This document shows, piece after piece, positions 30,711-43,053 of a stretch of 64,000 nt of DNA (position 1 is its first letter; each line of letters opens with the position of its first letter). The stretch comes from an uncultured Verrucomicrobiae bacterium. GTDB lineage: Bacteria > Verrucomicrobiota > Verrucomicrobiia > Palsa-1439. The translations under genes were made by a program, and so were the position numbers. The stretch is from positions 512,001 through 576,000 of the forward strand of contig CAWEWF010000001.1 in assembly GCA_963812605.1 (NCBI GenBank), written 5' to 3'. The notes below the pieces were generated by a model, which saw nothing but the letters and a program-made list of their open reading frames with translations, was not told where the DNA came from and made no database searches.

Positions 30711-31383
30711 ATGAAACGTATCACTGTTCTGCTGGCGGAAGATCACATGGTTGTTCGTGAGGGGTTTCGGAAGTTGTTGGAAACCGAACTCGATATCGAG
30801 GTCGTTGGCGAAGCGCAAACGGGTCGCCAGGCGGTGGAACTGACCCGGAAACTTCGACCCGGCGGTGGTCGTGATGGACATCGCGATGCCGCTCCTCAAT
30901 GGATTGGAAGCCACACGGCAGATCCGCAAGGCCTTTCCGGACACCAAAGTGATCATTCTCTCCGCACACAGCGATGACGCCTACGTTGACCAGGCGATCG
31001 CGATTGGCGCGGTGGGTTTCCTGCTCAAGCAAACTTCCTCCCACAATCTGTCCGTGGCGATTCGGGAAGTTCAAAAGGGAAACACCTTTTTTAGCGCTTC
31101 CGTTTCCAAGCGGTTGCACGATCACAAGGCGCCCGCCAGAGGGGGAGCCCTGCGGAAGAAAGTGGCCTGCCTCAGTTCACGCGAGCTGGAAGTGCTCCAA
31201 CTGATTGCCGAAGGCAAGGCGAACAAAGAGACTGCGGCAGAGCTCGGCATCAGCATTAAAACGGTCGAAAAACACCGGCAGAATCTGATGGCGAAACTCA
31301 ACATCCACGAAATCTCCGGTCTCACCCGCTACGCCATCGGCGCGGGCATCATCGAGAGCAGCGTCCAGTTGACGATCCGCTAG
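30711..31383 (+). CDS. NarL/LuxR-family response regulator (frameshift near 30860)
   Basis: LAEDH, MDIAMPLLNGLEA, LSSRELEVLQLIAEGKANKE...ISIKTVEKHR. Confidence 0.92.
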
Positions 31384-31409
31384 CCTTGGCCCCACGCGTT
31401 GGGTCCCGG

Positions 31410-31427
31410 ATGGGGTCAACACCCCAT
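31410..31427. promoter_or_regulatory. Palindrome ATGGGGT-CAAC-ACCCCAT
   Basis: Perfect 7-4-7 dyad; variants at 32448 and 34303. Confidence 0.5.
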
Positions 31428-31489
31428 AGCCTCTGCAAGGTCTACCAGTTTACCGTCCTTTCCAATGAAGAGAAAACCGCGCGTCCAAA

Positions 31490-32305
31490 ATGAAAGCCTT
31501 CCCAATGGATAGTCCGCAGGACAAGGAATTGGAATCTCAAATCGTTGCCTTGAACGAACGGCTTGAGCAGCAACTGGCGGAGTGCCGGGTCGAATTGCGG
31601 ATGAAGACCGGTCAATTGCGCGCGATGGCCTCCGAACTGGCGCAAGTGGAGCAGCGGGAGCGGGACCGGCTGGCGGCGATCTTGCACGATAATATGCAGC
31701 AGCTTCTGGTGGCCGCAGGGATTCAAATAGGCGTTGTGAACCACATCCTTCTGCCGATCAAGGAACGCAACGCCCTTTCCAAGGCGGACGAAATCATCAG
31801 CGAGGCGATTGCGATTTCTCGGGCGCTGACGGTGGATCTGAGTCCTCCCATCCTGCACGGGGCCCGCCTGGGCGCGGCATTGGAGTGGCTGGCCCGACGA
31901 ATGACCGAGTTATACTGCTTTACGGTGGATCTCAGCATTGACTCGCGCGCTGAAACACAGACGGAAGGCTTGCGTATCTTGCTCTTCGAAACGGTGCGGG
32001 AATTGGTCTTCAATTCATGCAAGTATTCCGGTTGCGCGCGAGCCCGGGTGCAAATAACGCGAAAACAGAATGCCTGGGTGCGTGTGGTGGTTGAAGATTC
32101 GGGGAGGGGCTTTGACTCCAGGGCGCTAAGCGCGAGCATGGCCAGCGGCGAAAGGTGCGGATTAAGCGGTATCCAACAGCGCCTGGCGCATGCGGGCGCG
32201 CGGATGTCAGTGATAAGCGAGCCGGGCGCCGGAACGCGTATCGAAATCCTGGCGCCATCGATACCCTCGACGTTACAGTTGGCAATGGTCGCAAATCCCG
32301 TGTAA
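31490..32305 (+). CDS. Sensorless HisKA_3-type histidine kinase
   Basis: LAAILHDNMQQ, RELVFNSCKYS, VEDSGRGF, GLSGIQQR. Confidence 0.8.
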   Translation: MKAFPMDSPQDKELESQIVALNERLEQQLAECRVELRMKTGQLRAMASELAQVEQRERDRLAAILHDNMQQLLVAAGIQIGVVNHILLPIKERNALSKADEIISEAIAISRALTVDLSPPILHGARLGAALEWLARRMTELYCFTVDLSIDSRAETQTEGLRILLFETVRELVFNSCKYSGCARARVQITRKQNAWVRVVVEDSGRGFDSRALSASMASGERCGLSGIQQRLAHAGARMSVISEPGAGTRIEILAPSIPSTLQLAMVANPV

Positions 32306-32501
32306 GCCCGGTCCCTTATCTACCCTACCTTGGATGACCGTTCGCCGAGCGACAATGGTTATGGGCCCACTACTCCCAATGGGTTGTCATTAGTTGGAGT
32401 CTGCCCGTCTTTGTCCGGAAAACCTGCCGGAGGTAATCGACTCGAGGATGGGGTGAACACCCTATATCGCACCCCAACTTCTGCGCGTACTGTATTCTGT
32501 C

Positions 32502-33749
32502 GTGAAAAATCAATTCGAAGACGGTGACCGCACGTTTGAGAGCGGAGCATTATTGGTGAATGTCCCCACGCCCAAACCGAGTGAAAGAGAAGCCAGGCGA
32601 CCGGAGTCGGCGGACGCCATGCGGGTAAACGAGATCCGTTATCGCCGCCTGTTTGAAGCGGCCCGGGACGGCATCCTCCTACTCGACCCCGGTACACGAA
32701 AAATCGTCGACGCCAATCCGTTCATGTCGGAGTTGTTGAGCTACCCGCACGAGGAGTTGCTGGGCAAAGAACTCTGGGAAATCGGCTTGCTCAAGGATGA
32801 AGAAGCCAGTCGGACGGCGTTTCGGGAGTTGCAGGAAAAACATTATATCCGCTACGAAAACCTGCCGCTTCAGACCAAACGAGGCCAGCGCCGGGACGTG
32901 GAGTTCGTCAGCAACATCTACGAGGAGGACGGACGGAACATCATTCAATGCAATGTCCGCGACATCACCGAGCGCAAACGAGTGGAAGACGCCTTGCACC
33001 TGGCCAAAGACCAACTGGCCGATCAAGCGGCCAAACTGGAAAGTCTGGTGGGGGAGCGGACGGCCAAACTTCAGGAAACGGTCGCCGAACTGCAGGCCTT
33101 CTCTTACAGCGTATCCCACGACCTGCGCGCGCCCTTGCGGTCGATGCGGGGCTTCGCGCAAATCCTTGTGGATGACTACGGCAGCAAATTGGATGAACAA
33201 GGGGCCAGTTATCTTCAGCAGATTATCCGCTCCTCCTCCCGTCTCGACCGCCTGATCCAGGACGTCCTGAGCTACTCCAAAGTCCTCCATGCAAAGGGCC
33301 TGGTGCGGCCGGTGGACTTGGACGGGCTCGTGCGCGACATGATCGCGACCTACCCGAATGGGCGCAAGGCGGAGTTTCACATTCAAGGAAAGTTGCCGAC
33401 GGTCTCCGGGAACGAAGCCTTCCTCACGCAATGTTTTTCCAACCTGTTGGGTAACGCCTCGAAATTTGTTACGGAGGGAACCATCCCGCGCGTTGAGATT
33501 CATGCGGAAGACCGGGAGCCCTCGATGGTTCGCGTGTGGATTGAGGACAACGGGATTGGCATTGCCCCCGAAGACCACGAGCGAGTTTTCCGAATGTTCG
33601 AGCGAGTCAATCTGGCCACCGAATACGAAGGGACGGGCATTGGGCTTACCATCGTGCGGAAAGCGGCCGAGCGCATGGGCGCGCAAGTCGGATTCGAGTC
33701 GGAATTGGGCAAGGGAAGCAGGTTTTGGATTCAGTTCCAGAAAGGATAA
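32502..33749 (+). CDS. PAS-domain histidine kinase
   Basis: LFEAARDGIL, SYSVSHDLRAPLR, NLLGNASKF, DNGIGI, GTGIGL. Confidence 0.93.
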   Translation: MKNQFEDGDRTFESGALLVNVPTPKPSEREARRPESADAMRVNEIRYRRLFEAARDGILLLDPGTRKIVDANPFMSELLSYPHEELLGKELWEIGLLKDEEASRTAFRELQEKHYIRYENLPLQTKRGQRRDVEFVSNIYEEDGRNIIQCNVRDITERKRVEDALHLAKDQLADQAAKLESLVGERTAKLQETVAELQAFSYSVSHDLRAPLRSMRGFAQILVDDYGSKLDEQGASYLQQIIRSSSRLDRLIQDVLSYSKVLHAKGLVRPVDLDGLVRDMIATYPNGRKAEFHIQGKLPTVSGNEAFLTQCFSNLLGNASKFVTEGTIPRVEIHAEDREPSMVRVWIEDNGIGIAPEDHERVFRMFERVNLATEYEGTGIGLTIVRKAAERMGAQVGFESELGKGSRFWIQFQKG

Positions 33750-33755
33750 GATCCC

Positions 33756-34259
33756 GTGACCGGCACAATCTTATTGGTGGAAGACGAAGAGTCCGATGTG
33801 TTCTTCCTGCGGCAGGCCATGCAAAAGGCGGGCGTGCTGAATTCCCTTCATGTCGTGAGCGACGGCCAGGAGGCCATTGACTATTTCAAAGGCGCCGGCA
33901 AATTTGCCGATCGCGAGGGATTTCCGCTGCCATCCCTGGTGCTGCTGGATTTGAAGTTGCCGCGCGTAATGGGGCTGGATGTCCTTAAATGGATTCGCCA
34001 ACAATCCAAAGTGGCGGTGATCGTGGTCATTCTCAGTTCCTCCCAGGAGGAAGCGGACATTGCGACAGCCTATCGCCTGGGAGCCAACGGGTATCTGGTC
34101 AAGCCGACCGATGTGGGCCAACTCACTGACATGGCCAAATCGATCAAGGACTTCTGGCTGATGCAAAACACACCGCCACCGGCAGATCAGTATCCGCGAG
34201 ATCACAGCCTTCTCGCTATGCCATCGGCGCGCGAATCATCGAGAGCGGCGTCCAATTGA
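33756..34259 (+). CDS. Single-domain response regulator
   Basis: LLVEDE, LLDLKLP, ILSSS, GYLVKP. Confidence 0.92.
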   Translation: MTGTILLVEDEESDVFFLRQAMQKAGVLNSLHVVSDGQEAIDYFKGAGKFADREGFPLPSLVLLDLKLPRVMGLDVLKWIRQQSKVAVIVVILSSSQEEADIATAYRLGANGYLVKPTDVGQLTDMAKSIKDFWLMQNTPPPADQYPRDHSLLAMPSARESSRAASN

Positions 34260-34267
34260 CGATCCGT
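34214..34267 (+). repeat. Relic copy of the NarL regulator 3' end
   Basis: 48/54 nt identical to 31327-31380; translates RYAIGARIIESGVQLTIR in another frame. Confidence 0.85.
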
Positions 34268-34639
34268 GGGGGGCCCACACGGTTTTCTCTCTGGAATCCA
34301 AACTGGGGTCAATACCCCATAGCGCGGACATGACCGCGGGCTTATTCTCGTGTGATGAACCTGAGAGAATTTTTTCAAAGTGCAAAGTCGTCCGGCGCGT
34401 CGACTCAATCCCAAACTGATCCGCCCAATCGCATTTCATCGGCGGAACCACCACTCACGAAGGTGACGAAGCGGGATTCGCGGCTCCCGGTTGTTGTCCG
34501 GAAACCATTTTCCTCCGGCCACTCTTTCGAAACCGCGAAAGAGGACCTGCTCGTGACGGGCCGTGACGCCGTCGGCAGGGGGCGTTACTTCCCCTGTTCT
34601 GGCCGCACCAGCCATCTTGCTTGAGGTCGCGCCACTCTG

Positions 34640-35143
34640 GTGAAACACGACTCATTTGAAATCAACAAAAAGGATGACATGTCCATAGCTCGACGAGAGA
34701 CCGAAATCTCTGTACTAATCGGCCAGGAGCCGCCAAATGCCAGCGCCACGACAGTAATCGCGCGGTACCCCGATATCGAAGTGTTTACAATACGTTCCTA
34801 CTGCAACCGTGACGGCGTCGTATTGCTGTTGGTGACGACGAATGCGGCGAAAACCGCGCACGTCCTCAATGCTGCCGGGTTCCAATGCGAGGCCAACCCC
34901 GTTGTATTGATTGGCCCCATCAATCGCTCCGGCTGCGCGGCTCCCATCGGAACCGAGCTGACCAATGCGGGAATTGAAGTCCTCTACTCTTATACCTCTC
35001 ACAAGGAACGCGACCGGCATTACCTGGTTTTCAAGACATCCGATGATGATGGCGCGATTCAGATCCTGACTGCCAGCCCGGCATTTCAGTCGTTGACCTG
35101 CGATGATTCCCTGCAAGATCGGGAAATGGCAATCGCTGAATGA
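34640..35143 (+). CDS. Tandem ACT-domain-like protein
   Basis: Resembles a two-ACT pattern: ...AHVLNAAGF...ELTNAGIEVLYSY...LVFKTSD. Confidence 0.55.
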   Translation: MKHDSFEINKKDDMSIARRETEISVLIGQEPPNASATTVIARYPDIEVFTIRSYCNRDGVVLLLVTTNAAKTAHVLNAAGFQCEANPVVLIGPINRSGCAAPIGTELTNAGIEVLYSYTSHKERDRHYLVFKTSDDDGAIQILTASPAFQSLTCDDSLQDREMAIAE

Positions 35144-35174
35144 TTCAGTTCATTCCGATAAGCGGCCGCAGTGG

Positions 35175-35591
35175 TCATTCCCCAATAATCTTCACCAGCG
35201 CGCGTTTGCGGCGTTTGCCGTCGAATTCGCCGTAGAAGATCTGCTCCCAGGGGCCGAAGTCCAGTTGTCCGTTCGTGATCGCGACGACCACCTCGCGGCC
35301 CATGATGGTACGCTTTAAGTGCGCGTCGGCGTTGTCTTCACCGGTGTTGTGGGCGTACTGGGAATGTGGTTTCTCGGGAGCGAGTTTCTCCAGCCACTTT
35401 TCGAAGTCCTGGTGCAGGCCCGATTCATTATCATTGATGAAGACGCTGGCGCTGATGTGCATGGCGTTGCAGAGCACGAGGCCTTCCTTGACCCCGCATT
35501 CCCGCAGACAGGTCTCCACTTCGGATGTGATATTGACGAAGCCGCGTCGGGAAGGGATGTTAAACCAGAGTTCCTTGCGATAGCTTTTCAT
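35175..35591 (-). CDS. yjbQ: YjbQ / secondary thiamine-phosphate synthase family protein
   Basis: [34 protein letters not shown]. Confidence 0.9.
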   Translation of the reverse strand: MKSYRKELWFNIPSRRGFVNITSEVETCLRECGVKEGLVLCNAMHISASVFINDNESGLHQDFEKWLEKLAPEKPHSQYAHNTGEDNADAHLKRTIMGREVVVAITNGQLDFGPWEQIFYGEFDGKRRKRALVKIIGE

Positions 35592-35640
35592 GGCTTCCAC
35601 AATAACGTTTGTGCTAAGAATAACAACCGGAGAACGACCC

Positions 35641-35991
35641 ATGAAAATTGCCAGCGTCAAAGAGATTCCCTCGGAAAAGGTGGACATGGACGGCGCAAAA
35701 GACTGCCAGGTCAGGCTGGCGGTGACGGCGCGCGACGGCGCGCCAAATTTCGCGATGCGCATTTTTGAAGTGTCGGCGGGCGGTCACACGCCTTTGCATC
35801 ATCATCCGTACGAGCACGAGATCTTTGTGATGGAAGGGCAGGGAACCGTCTGGCGGGACGGCCAGGAAGTGGCGATCAAGCCGGGCGACGTGCTTTACAT
35901 CCCGGCGGATGAACAGCACCAGTTCAAGAACGCCGGCGACCAGGCTTTCAAGTTTATGTGCCTGATCCCGGCGAAATTCCAAAAGTGCTGA
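35641..35991 (+). CDS. Cupin-domain protein
   Basis: [18 protein letters not shown]...PGD...HQFKN. Confidence 0.9.
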   Translation: MKIASVKEIPSEKVDMDGAKDCQVRLAVTARDGAPNFAMRIFEVSAGGHTPLHHHPYEHEIFVMEGQGTVWRDGQEVAIKPGDVLYIPADEQHQFKNAGDQAFKFMCLIPAKFQKC

Positions 35992-35997
35992 ACGCAA

Positions 35998-36552
35998 ATG
36001 GCGCGGCTCACCAATATCGTCACGCGCACCGGGGATGACGGCACGACAGGGTTGGCCGGTGGCGGGCGCGTCAGCAAAGATTCGCCCCGCGTCTGGGCGT
36101 ACGGCACGGTGGACGAGTTGAACTCGGCCATCGGCGTGGTCCGGTCCCTGAACTCCGATCCCGATCTCGATGCGCGCCTCCGCCAGATCCAGAACGATTT
36201 GTTCAATCTCGGCGGAGAACTGGCCACGCCACCGGACAAATTTCAAAAAGGCATGCCGCGCATCGAGCGCCGGCACGTGATGGATCTGGAGAAGCAGGTT
36301 GAGGAATTGACCGGGAAGCTGGGGCCGTTGCAGGAGTTTATCCTGCCCGGTGGCGGCCCGGTGGGCGCGCAATTGCATGTGGCGCGGACGATTTGCCGTC
36401 GAGCGGAGCGCTTCTGCGTGCGCCTGGGCAAGGAAGAAAAGATCGGTGAGTTCGTGACCCCTTACCTGAATCGCCTGAGCGATGCCTTGTTCACGCTGGC
36501 CCGCTGGAGCAACAAGAAGGCCGGCGCCAAAGAGACGTACTGGAAAAAATGA
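35998..36552 (+). CDS. PduO-type ATP:cob(I)alamin adenosyltransferase
   Basis: TRTGDDGTT, YGTVDELNS, FILPGG, RTICRRAER, YLNRLSD. Confidence 0.93.
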   Translation: MARLTNIVTRTGDDGTTGLAGGGRVSKDSPRVWAYGTVDELNSAIGVVRSLNSDPDLDARLRQIQNDLFNLGGELATPPDKFQKGMPRIERRHVMDLEKQVEELTGKLGPLQEFILPGGGPVGAQLHVARTICRRAERFCVRLGKEEKIGEFVTPYLNRLSDALFTLARWSNKKAGAKETYWKK

Positions 36553-36565
36553 CGGGCACTGGCTC

Positions 36566-36592
36566 GTCATCCTGAGCGCAGCGAAGAATCTC
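36566..36592 (+). repeat. Short REP-like element between convergent genes
   Basis: GTCATCCTGAGCGCAGCGAAGAATCTC resembles a widespread intergenic repeat (recalled, not verified); single copy here. Confidence 0.35.
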
Positions 36593-36599
36593 GCGCTGT

Positions 36600-37340
36600 C
36601 TACGCGTGGACGAGCATTTTGCCGAGCCGGGCACTCACCGCGGTGAACACGATCTCGCCGATTTGGACGAGGTTGAATCGCGAATTATCGATCACCAGGT
36701 CGGGATTGATGACGTGTTCGGGATGTTCCACGAAATGTTTGCGCAGGTACTGCTCGCGACGCCGTTCGCCATCCGTGATGATCTTTTTGGCTTCACCGTG
36801 GGTCACTTCACGAGTGGCGGCCACATGGAGCGCGCGCCAGTCGAGGGGCGCGATCAGCTTCACATGCAGACCGGTCTTCAAATCCTGCGTGATCAGATAA
36901 CTGCCACGCCCGAGCAGAATGGCGCGCCCGAGGATGGCCAGCGAGCGGACCACTTCCGCCAACTGCCGCATCTCCGGCGCATCGTCCGCCTCCCGATTGA
37001 GAATCGTGTCGAACAATTTGCCCGTTCCCTCGCGGCGACGGCTATCGAGCGCCTCGGTCACGGTACCGCGAAGATGCGGGTCGGTTGAGATTTTATTGAG
37101 CAACTCGTGATCGTAATCGACCCAGGCGAAAGACGGGCGACAGCGTTCGTTCAGAACGTCCACGAGCCGGTGAGCGAGGGCCGCGCCTTCGCACCCGTAT
37201 TGCCGCGAGATGGTGATGAATTGGTGAAACTCGGGGGAACGTGGGGAGTCGGCGTGCTTGGGTTTGTGCCAGGCGCGCACGTGCGCGTCAAGGCGGGCGT
37301 CAAGATCCGGTCTCACCCAACCGTAGGGGCTCTTGCTCAT
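36600..37340 (-). CDS. Cytidylate-kinase-like family protein
   Basis: ITISRQYGCEG, ILLGRGS, HVKLIAP, DLVIDNS; ATGA overlap with atpC. Confidence 0.8.
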   Translation of the reverse strand: MSKSPYGWVRPDLDARLDAHVRAWHKPKHADSPRSPEFHQFITISRQYGCEGAALAHRLVDVLNERCRPSFAWVDYDHELLNKISTDPHLRGTVTEALDSRRREGTGKLFDTILNREADDAPEMRQLAEVVRSLAILGRAILLGRGSYLITQDLKTGLHVKLIAPLDWRALHVAATREVTHGEAKKIITDGERRREQYLRKHFVEHPEHVINPDLVIDNSRFNLVQIGEIVFTAVSARLGKMLVHA

Positions 37341-37762
37341 CGCTTAACGAGAGCATAATCCGCAACCTTCAATCGCGCAAGCGCGCGTTGGAGGGAAGCC
37401 TTGGCCCGAGCCAGGTCGATCTCGGGAGCGGCTTGCTGCAATCGTTGCTCCGCCCGCTCCTGCGCGCGACGGGCGCGTTCCACATCGATTTCCTCGGGGC
37501 GCTCGGCGCTACGCGTGAGCACCGTCGTGCGCTCCTTCTGCACCACGAGGAATCCGGTGCCGACGGCGACATACTGGTCCTGCCCGTCGGGCAGACGCAT
37601 CCGCAACGGACCGGGCTTGAGCGCGAACACGAACGGCGCATGGTGCGCGAGGACCTCAAACACGCCTTCCTGGCCGGGGGCAATGACAAAGCGGATTTCT
37701 TCGCGCAGAAAGAGCTTCTGCAGCGTGAGGATTTCAAACGGGAATGTCTTCTCGTCGGCCAT
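37337..37762 (-). CDS. atpC: ATP synthase F1 epsilon subunit
   Basis: EGVFEVLAHHAP, EEIDVERA, LQRALARL; operon position. Confidence 0.95.
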   Translation of the reverse strand: MADEKTFPFEILTLQKLFLREEIRFVIAPGQEGVFEVLAHHAPFVFALKPGPLRMRLPDGQDQYVAVGTGFLVVQKERTTVLTRSAERPEEIDVERARRAQERAEQRLQQAAPEIDLARAKASLQRALARLKVADYALVKR

Positions 37763-37769
37763 GACGCGC

Positions 37770-39229
<1,460 letters not shown>

Positions 39230-39244
39230 AACTACCTTCAAGAA

Positions 39245-40111
39245 CTATTCTTTTTTCGCCAACGCGTCGGCGCCGGCGACAACTTCCAGCAGCGCCGTGG
39301 TGATCGAGGTCTGGCGGGCGCCGTTGTACTCGCGGGTCAGGCTGGTAATCATGTCGGACGCGCTGTCCGTGGCCGCTTTCATGGCCACCATGCGCGCCGC
39401 CTGTTCGCTGGCCAGCGACTCGACGAGCGCGCGATAGACCAGGACTTCGATATACTGCGGCAGCAATATGTCCAGCAACTCGTCCACGTCAGGCTCAAAT
39501 TGATAGGCTGTCTTCGGCCCTTGTTTGGCTGCTTCCGGTCGATTGAGCGGCAGCAACTGAATCACTTTGGGTTCCGATCGCAGCACGCTGACAAATTTCG
39601 CGTAACCCAGGTAGACCTTGTCGTATTTGGCCGCGCCGTAATCAGCAATGATCTTTTTGCTGATGCTGGCGACCTCTTCCAGGCGTACGTCGCGCGAAGG
39701 TTGCGGGAAGTGCTGGGAGATCTTGTACCCCACGTGCTGGAAATGGTCACGCCCCTTGCGTCCCACCGTGATGATCTCCACCGGCACGGTTTGCTCGTTA
39801 AAAAACCGCTGCGCCTCGCGGAGGATGCCCGCGTTGAACGGGCCGCACAAGCCGCGGTCGGCGGTGATCAACACCAGGGCCACGTTTTTCACCGCGCGCT
39901 CGGCCATCAACGGATGACGGCTCGCGCCGCCGCTGGAGGCGACAACGTCCTGCAGGATCTCGGAAAGACGTTCCGCGTAGGGTCGCGCGGACTCGGCCTT
40001 GCTTTGCGCGCGCCGCAGGCGGGCCGCGGCGATCATGTTCATCGCGCGCGTGACCTGGCGGATGTTCTTGACGCCCTTGATGCGGCGTCGAATGTCGCGA
40101 AGCGAGGCCAT
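39245..40111 (-). CDS. atpG: ATP synthase F1 gamma subunit
   Basis: IRRRIKGVKN, ADRGLCG, ASEQAARMVAM, RQTSIT. Confidence 0.97.
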   Translation of the reverse strand: MASLRDIRRRIKGVKNIRQVTRAMNMIAAARLRRAQSKAESARPYAERLSEILQDVVASSGGASRHPLMAERAVKNVALVLITADRGLCGPFNAGILREAQRFFNEQTVPVEIITVGRKGRDHFQHVGYKISQHFPQPSRDVRLEEVASISKKIIADYGAAKYDKVYLGYAKFVSVLRSEPKVIQLLPLNRPEAAKQGPKTAYQFEPDVDELLDILLPQYIEVLVYRALVESLASEQAARMVAMKAATDSASDMITSLTREYNGARQTSITTALLEVVAGADALAKKE

Positions 40112-40137
40112 GTTATCTTGTGATTATTGTAGACTAT

Positions 40138-40455
40138 TTATCCGGGGCGTAGAAATCGCGGTGGAAGTATGGTGACCTGCGAAGACGGCATCGCTGCCAA
40201 GTAAACAAGCGCCTTATCGAATTTTGACGGATAAATTCCGCCTTTGAGTTGTTTTAGGACATCCGCGTCCACGAAATAATTTGCGTCTTCAATCAACGCA
40301 TTCGCGTATCCGTCCACCGTCATATCGGCAATTTCCGGTGCGTTTTTTGCCGCGTCGCGGCGAATCATTTCCAGAATGGTTTTAGCGGTGCCTCCTCGGA
40401 TCCTTTTGCCGACCAGCACTGTATATTTCACTGGGCCATTTATTATTGTACTCAT
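40138..40455 (-). CDS. Hypothetical protein (105 aa), second gene of the insert in the atp operon
   Basis: AT-richer ORF, ATGA-coupled to 40452..40913. Confidence 0.7.
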   Translation of the reverse strand: MSTIINGPVKYTVLVGKRIRGGTAKTILEMIRRDAAKNAPEIADMTVDGYANALIEDANYFVDADVLKQLKGGIYPSKFDKALVYLAAMPSSQVTILPPRFLRPG

Positions 40456-40913
40456 CGACTTATCCTCTTTAATCCTTGAAGCCAGCGGCGTACCTGTGTT
40501 CGAGCGGTACCGGGCCGCATATAACCAAGTGCTTTGATGAGTGGATCTTCCTGTCGGACAAACGAACTAAGCATTCGTGACACGCGCCAATCACTTGTCG
40601 ACGCCCCGTGGAAAAGCAGCAAGGTTTGTGTTCCGTAATCGCGAGTTCGTTCAACTTCCATCAGTGCACCTGACATCTCTGAAACCTCAAAGACAGCGTA
40701 ACGGCATGCGTGCAAGAGCGCAAGTGTTAGGTCGTGAATTTGCTCTGCCGTCATTGGGTAATCATCCGCGATAACCGGGACAAAGCCCTCCTCGCGCGCG
40801 ATGCGGGCCAGATCGTCTAGGAGCTTCCTGCTCGGACCATGGTAGCTTCCACCGATAAAAAGCCAACGTCCATACTTACCGGCAAGGTTAAACGTGCTTT
40901 TGCTTCTCGGCAT
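40452..40913 (-). CDS. Nucleoside 2-deoxyribosyltransferase/TIR-like (flavodoxin-fold) protein
   Basis: LFIGGSY...EGFVPVIADD...LLHACRYAVFEVSEMSGALMEVE resembles the NDT-like core with a putative catalytic Glu. Confidence 0.55.
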   Translation of the reverse strand: MPRSKSTFNLAGKYGRWLFIGGSYHGPSRKLLDDLARIAREEGFVPVIADDYPMTAEQIHDLTLALLHACRYAVFEVSEMSGALMEVERTRDYGTQTLLLFHGASTSDWRVSRMLSSFVRQEDPLIKALGYMRPGTARTQVRRWLQGLKRISR

Positions 40914-40937
40914 AATTATTTCAAGCCTGATGGCAGC

Positions 40938-42488
<1,551 letters not shown>

Positions 42489-42499
42489 GGTCTTCCTCG

Positions 42500-43045
42500 T
42501 TACTGCGCTAAACGTTCTTTAATTTGGTCGAGCTTGCGGCGCAGGCTGCCGTCAATGATCTGTTCGCCAACCTTGATAATGGCGCCGCCCAGGATCGCCG
42601 GGTCAATCCTCTGGAAAAGTTGCACGCTCTTGCCCGTGATACGGGACAGCTCCGTCGCGAGACGCTTGAGCGTGGCGTCATCCAGCGTAATCGCGGTGGT
42701 GATTTCACCGCTGACGTTCTGGCGCGCGTCATCGGCGCTCGTGTCAAACTCCTCAATGACGTGCAACACGCGACCCCCGCGGTCCAGATCGCTCAGGGTG
42801 ATAAGCATGTTGAGCACGAGCGGATGGATGCGGCCTTGAAAGAGCGCGGCAAGCGCCTGGCGTTTGCCTTCATGTTTGACGTTCGGGTCCTTGAGAAATT
42901 CCAACAGGTCGGAGTTCTTCTTCAGCAACTCGCGCAGGCGGAACAATTCCTCCTCGACGCGGGTGACGACGCCTTCGGCCTGCGCCATCTCGAAGAGGGC
43001 GCGGGCGTAACCGGTATCGATGGGGTCGTGCGGCATGGAGATCAA
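42500..43045 (-). CDS. atpH: ATP synthase delta subunit
   Basis: [22 protein letters not shown]. Confidence 0.95.
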   Translation of the reverse strand: MISMPHDPIDTGYARALFEMAQAEGVVTRVEEELFRLRELLKKNSDLLEFLKDPNVKHEGKRQALAALFQGRIHPLVLNMLITLSDLDRGGRVLHVIEEFDTSADDARQNVSGEITTAITLDDATLKRLATELSRITGKSVQLFQRIDPAILGGAIIKVGEQIIDGSLRRKLDQIKERLAQ

Positions 43046-43053
43046 TCGGTGGC

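Noticed and set aside
34352-34624. 90-aa ORF after the kinase cassette
   Set aside because: No motif or clear RBS; more likely intergenic or decayed sequence.
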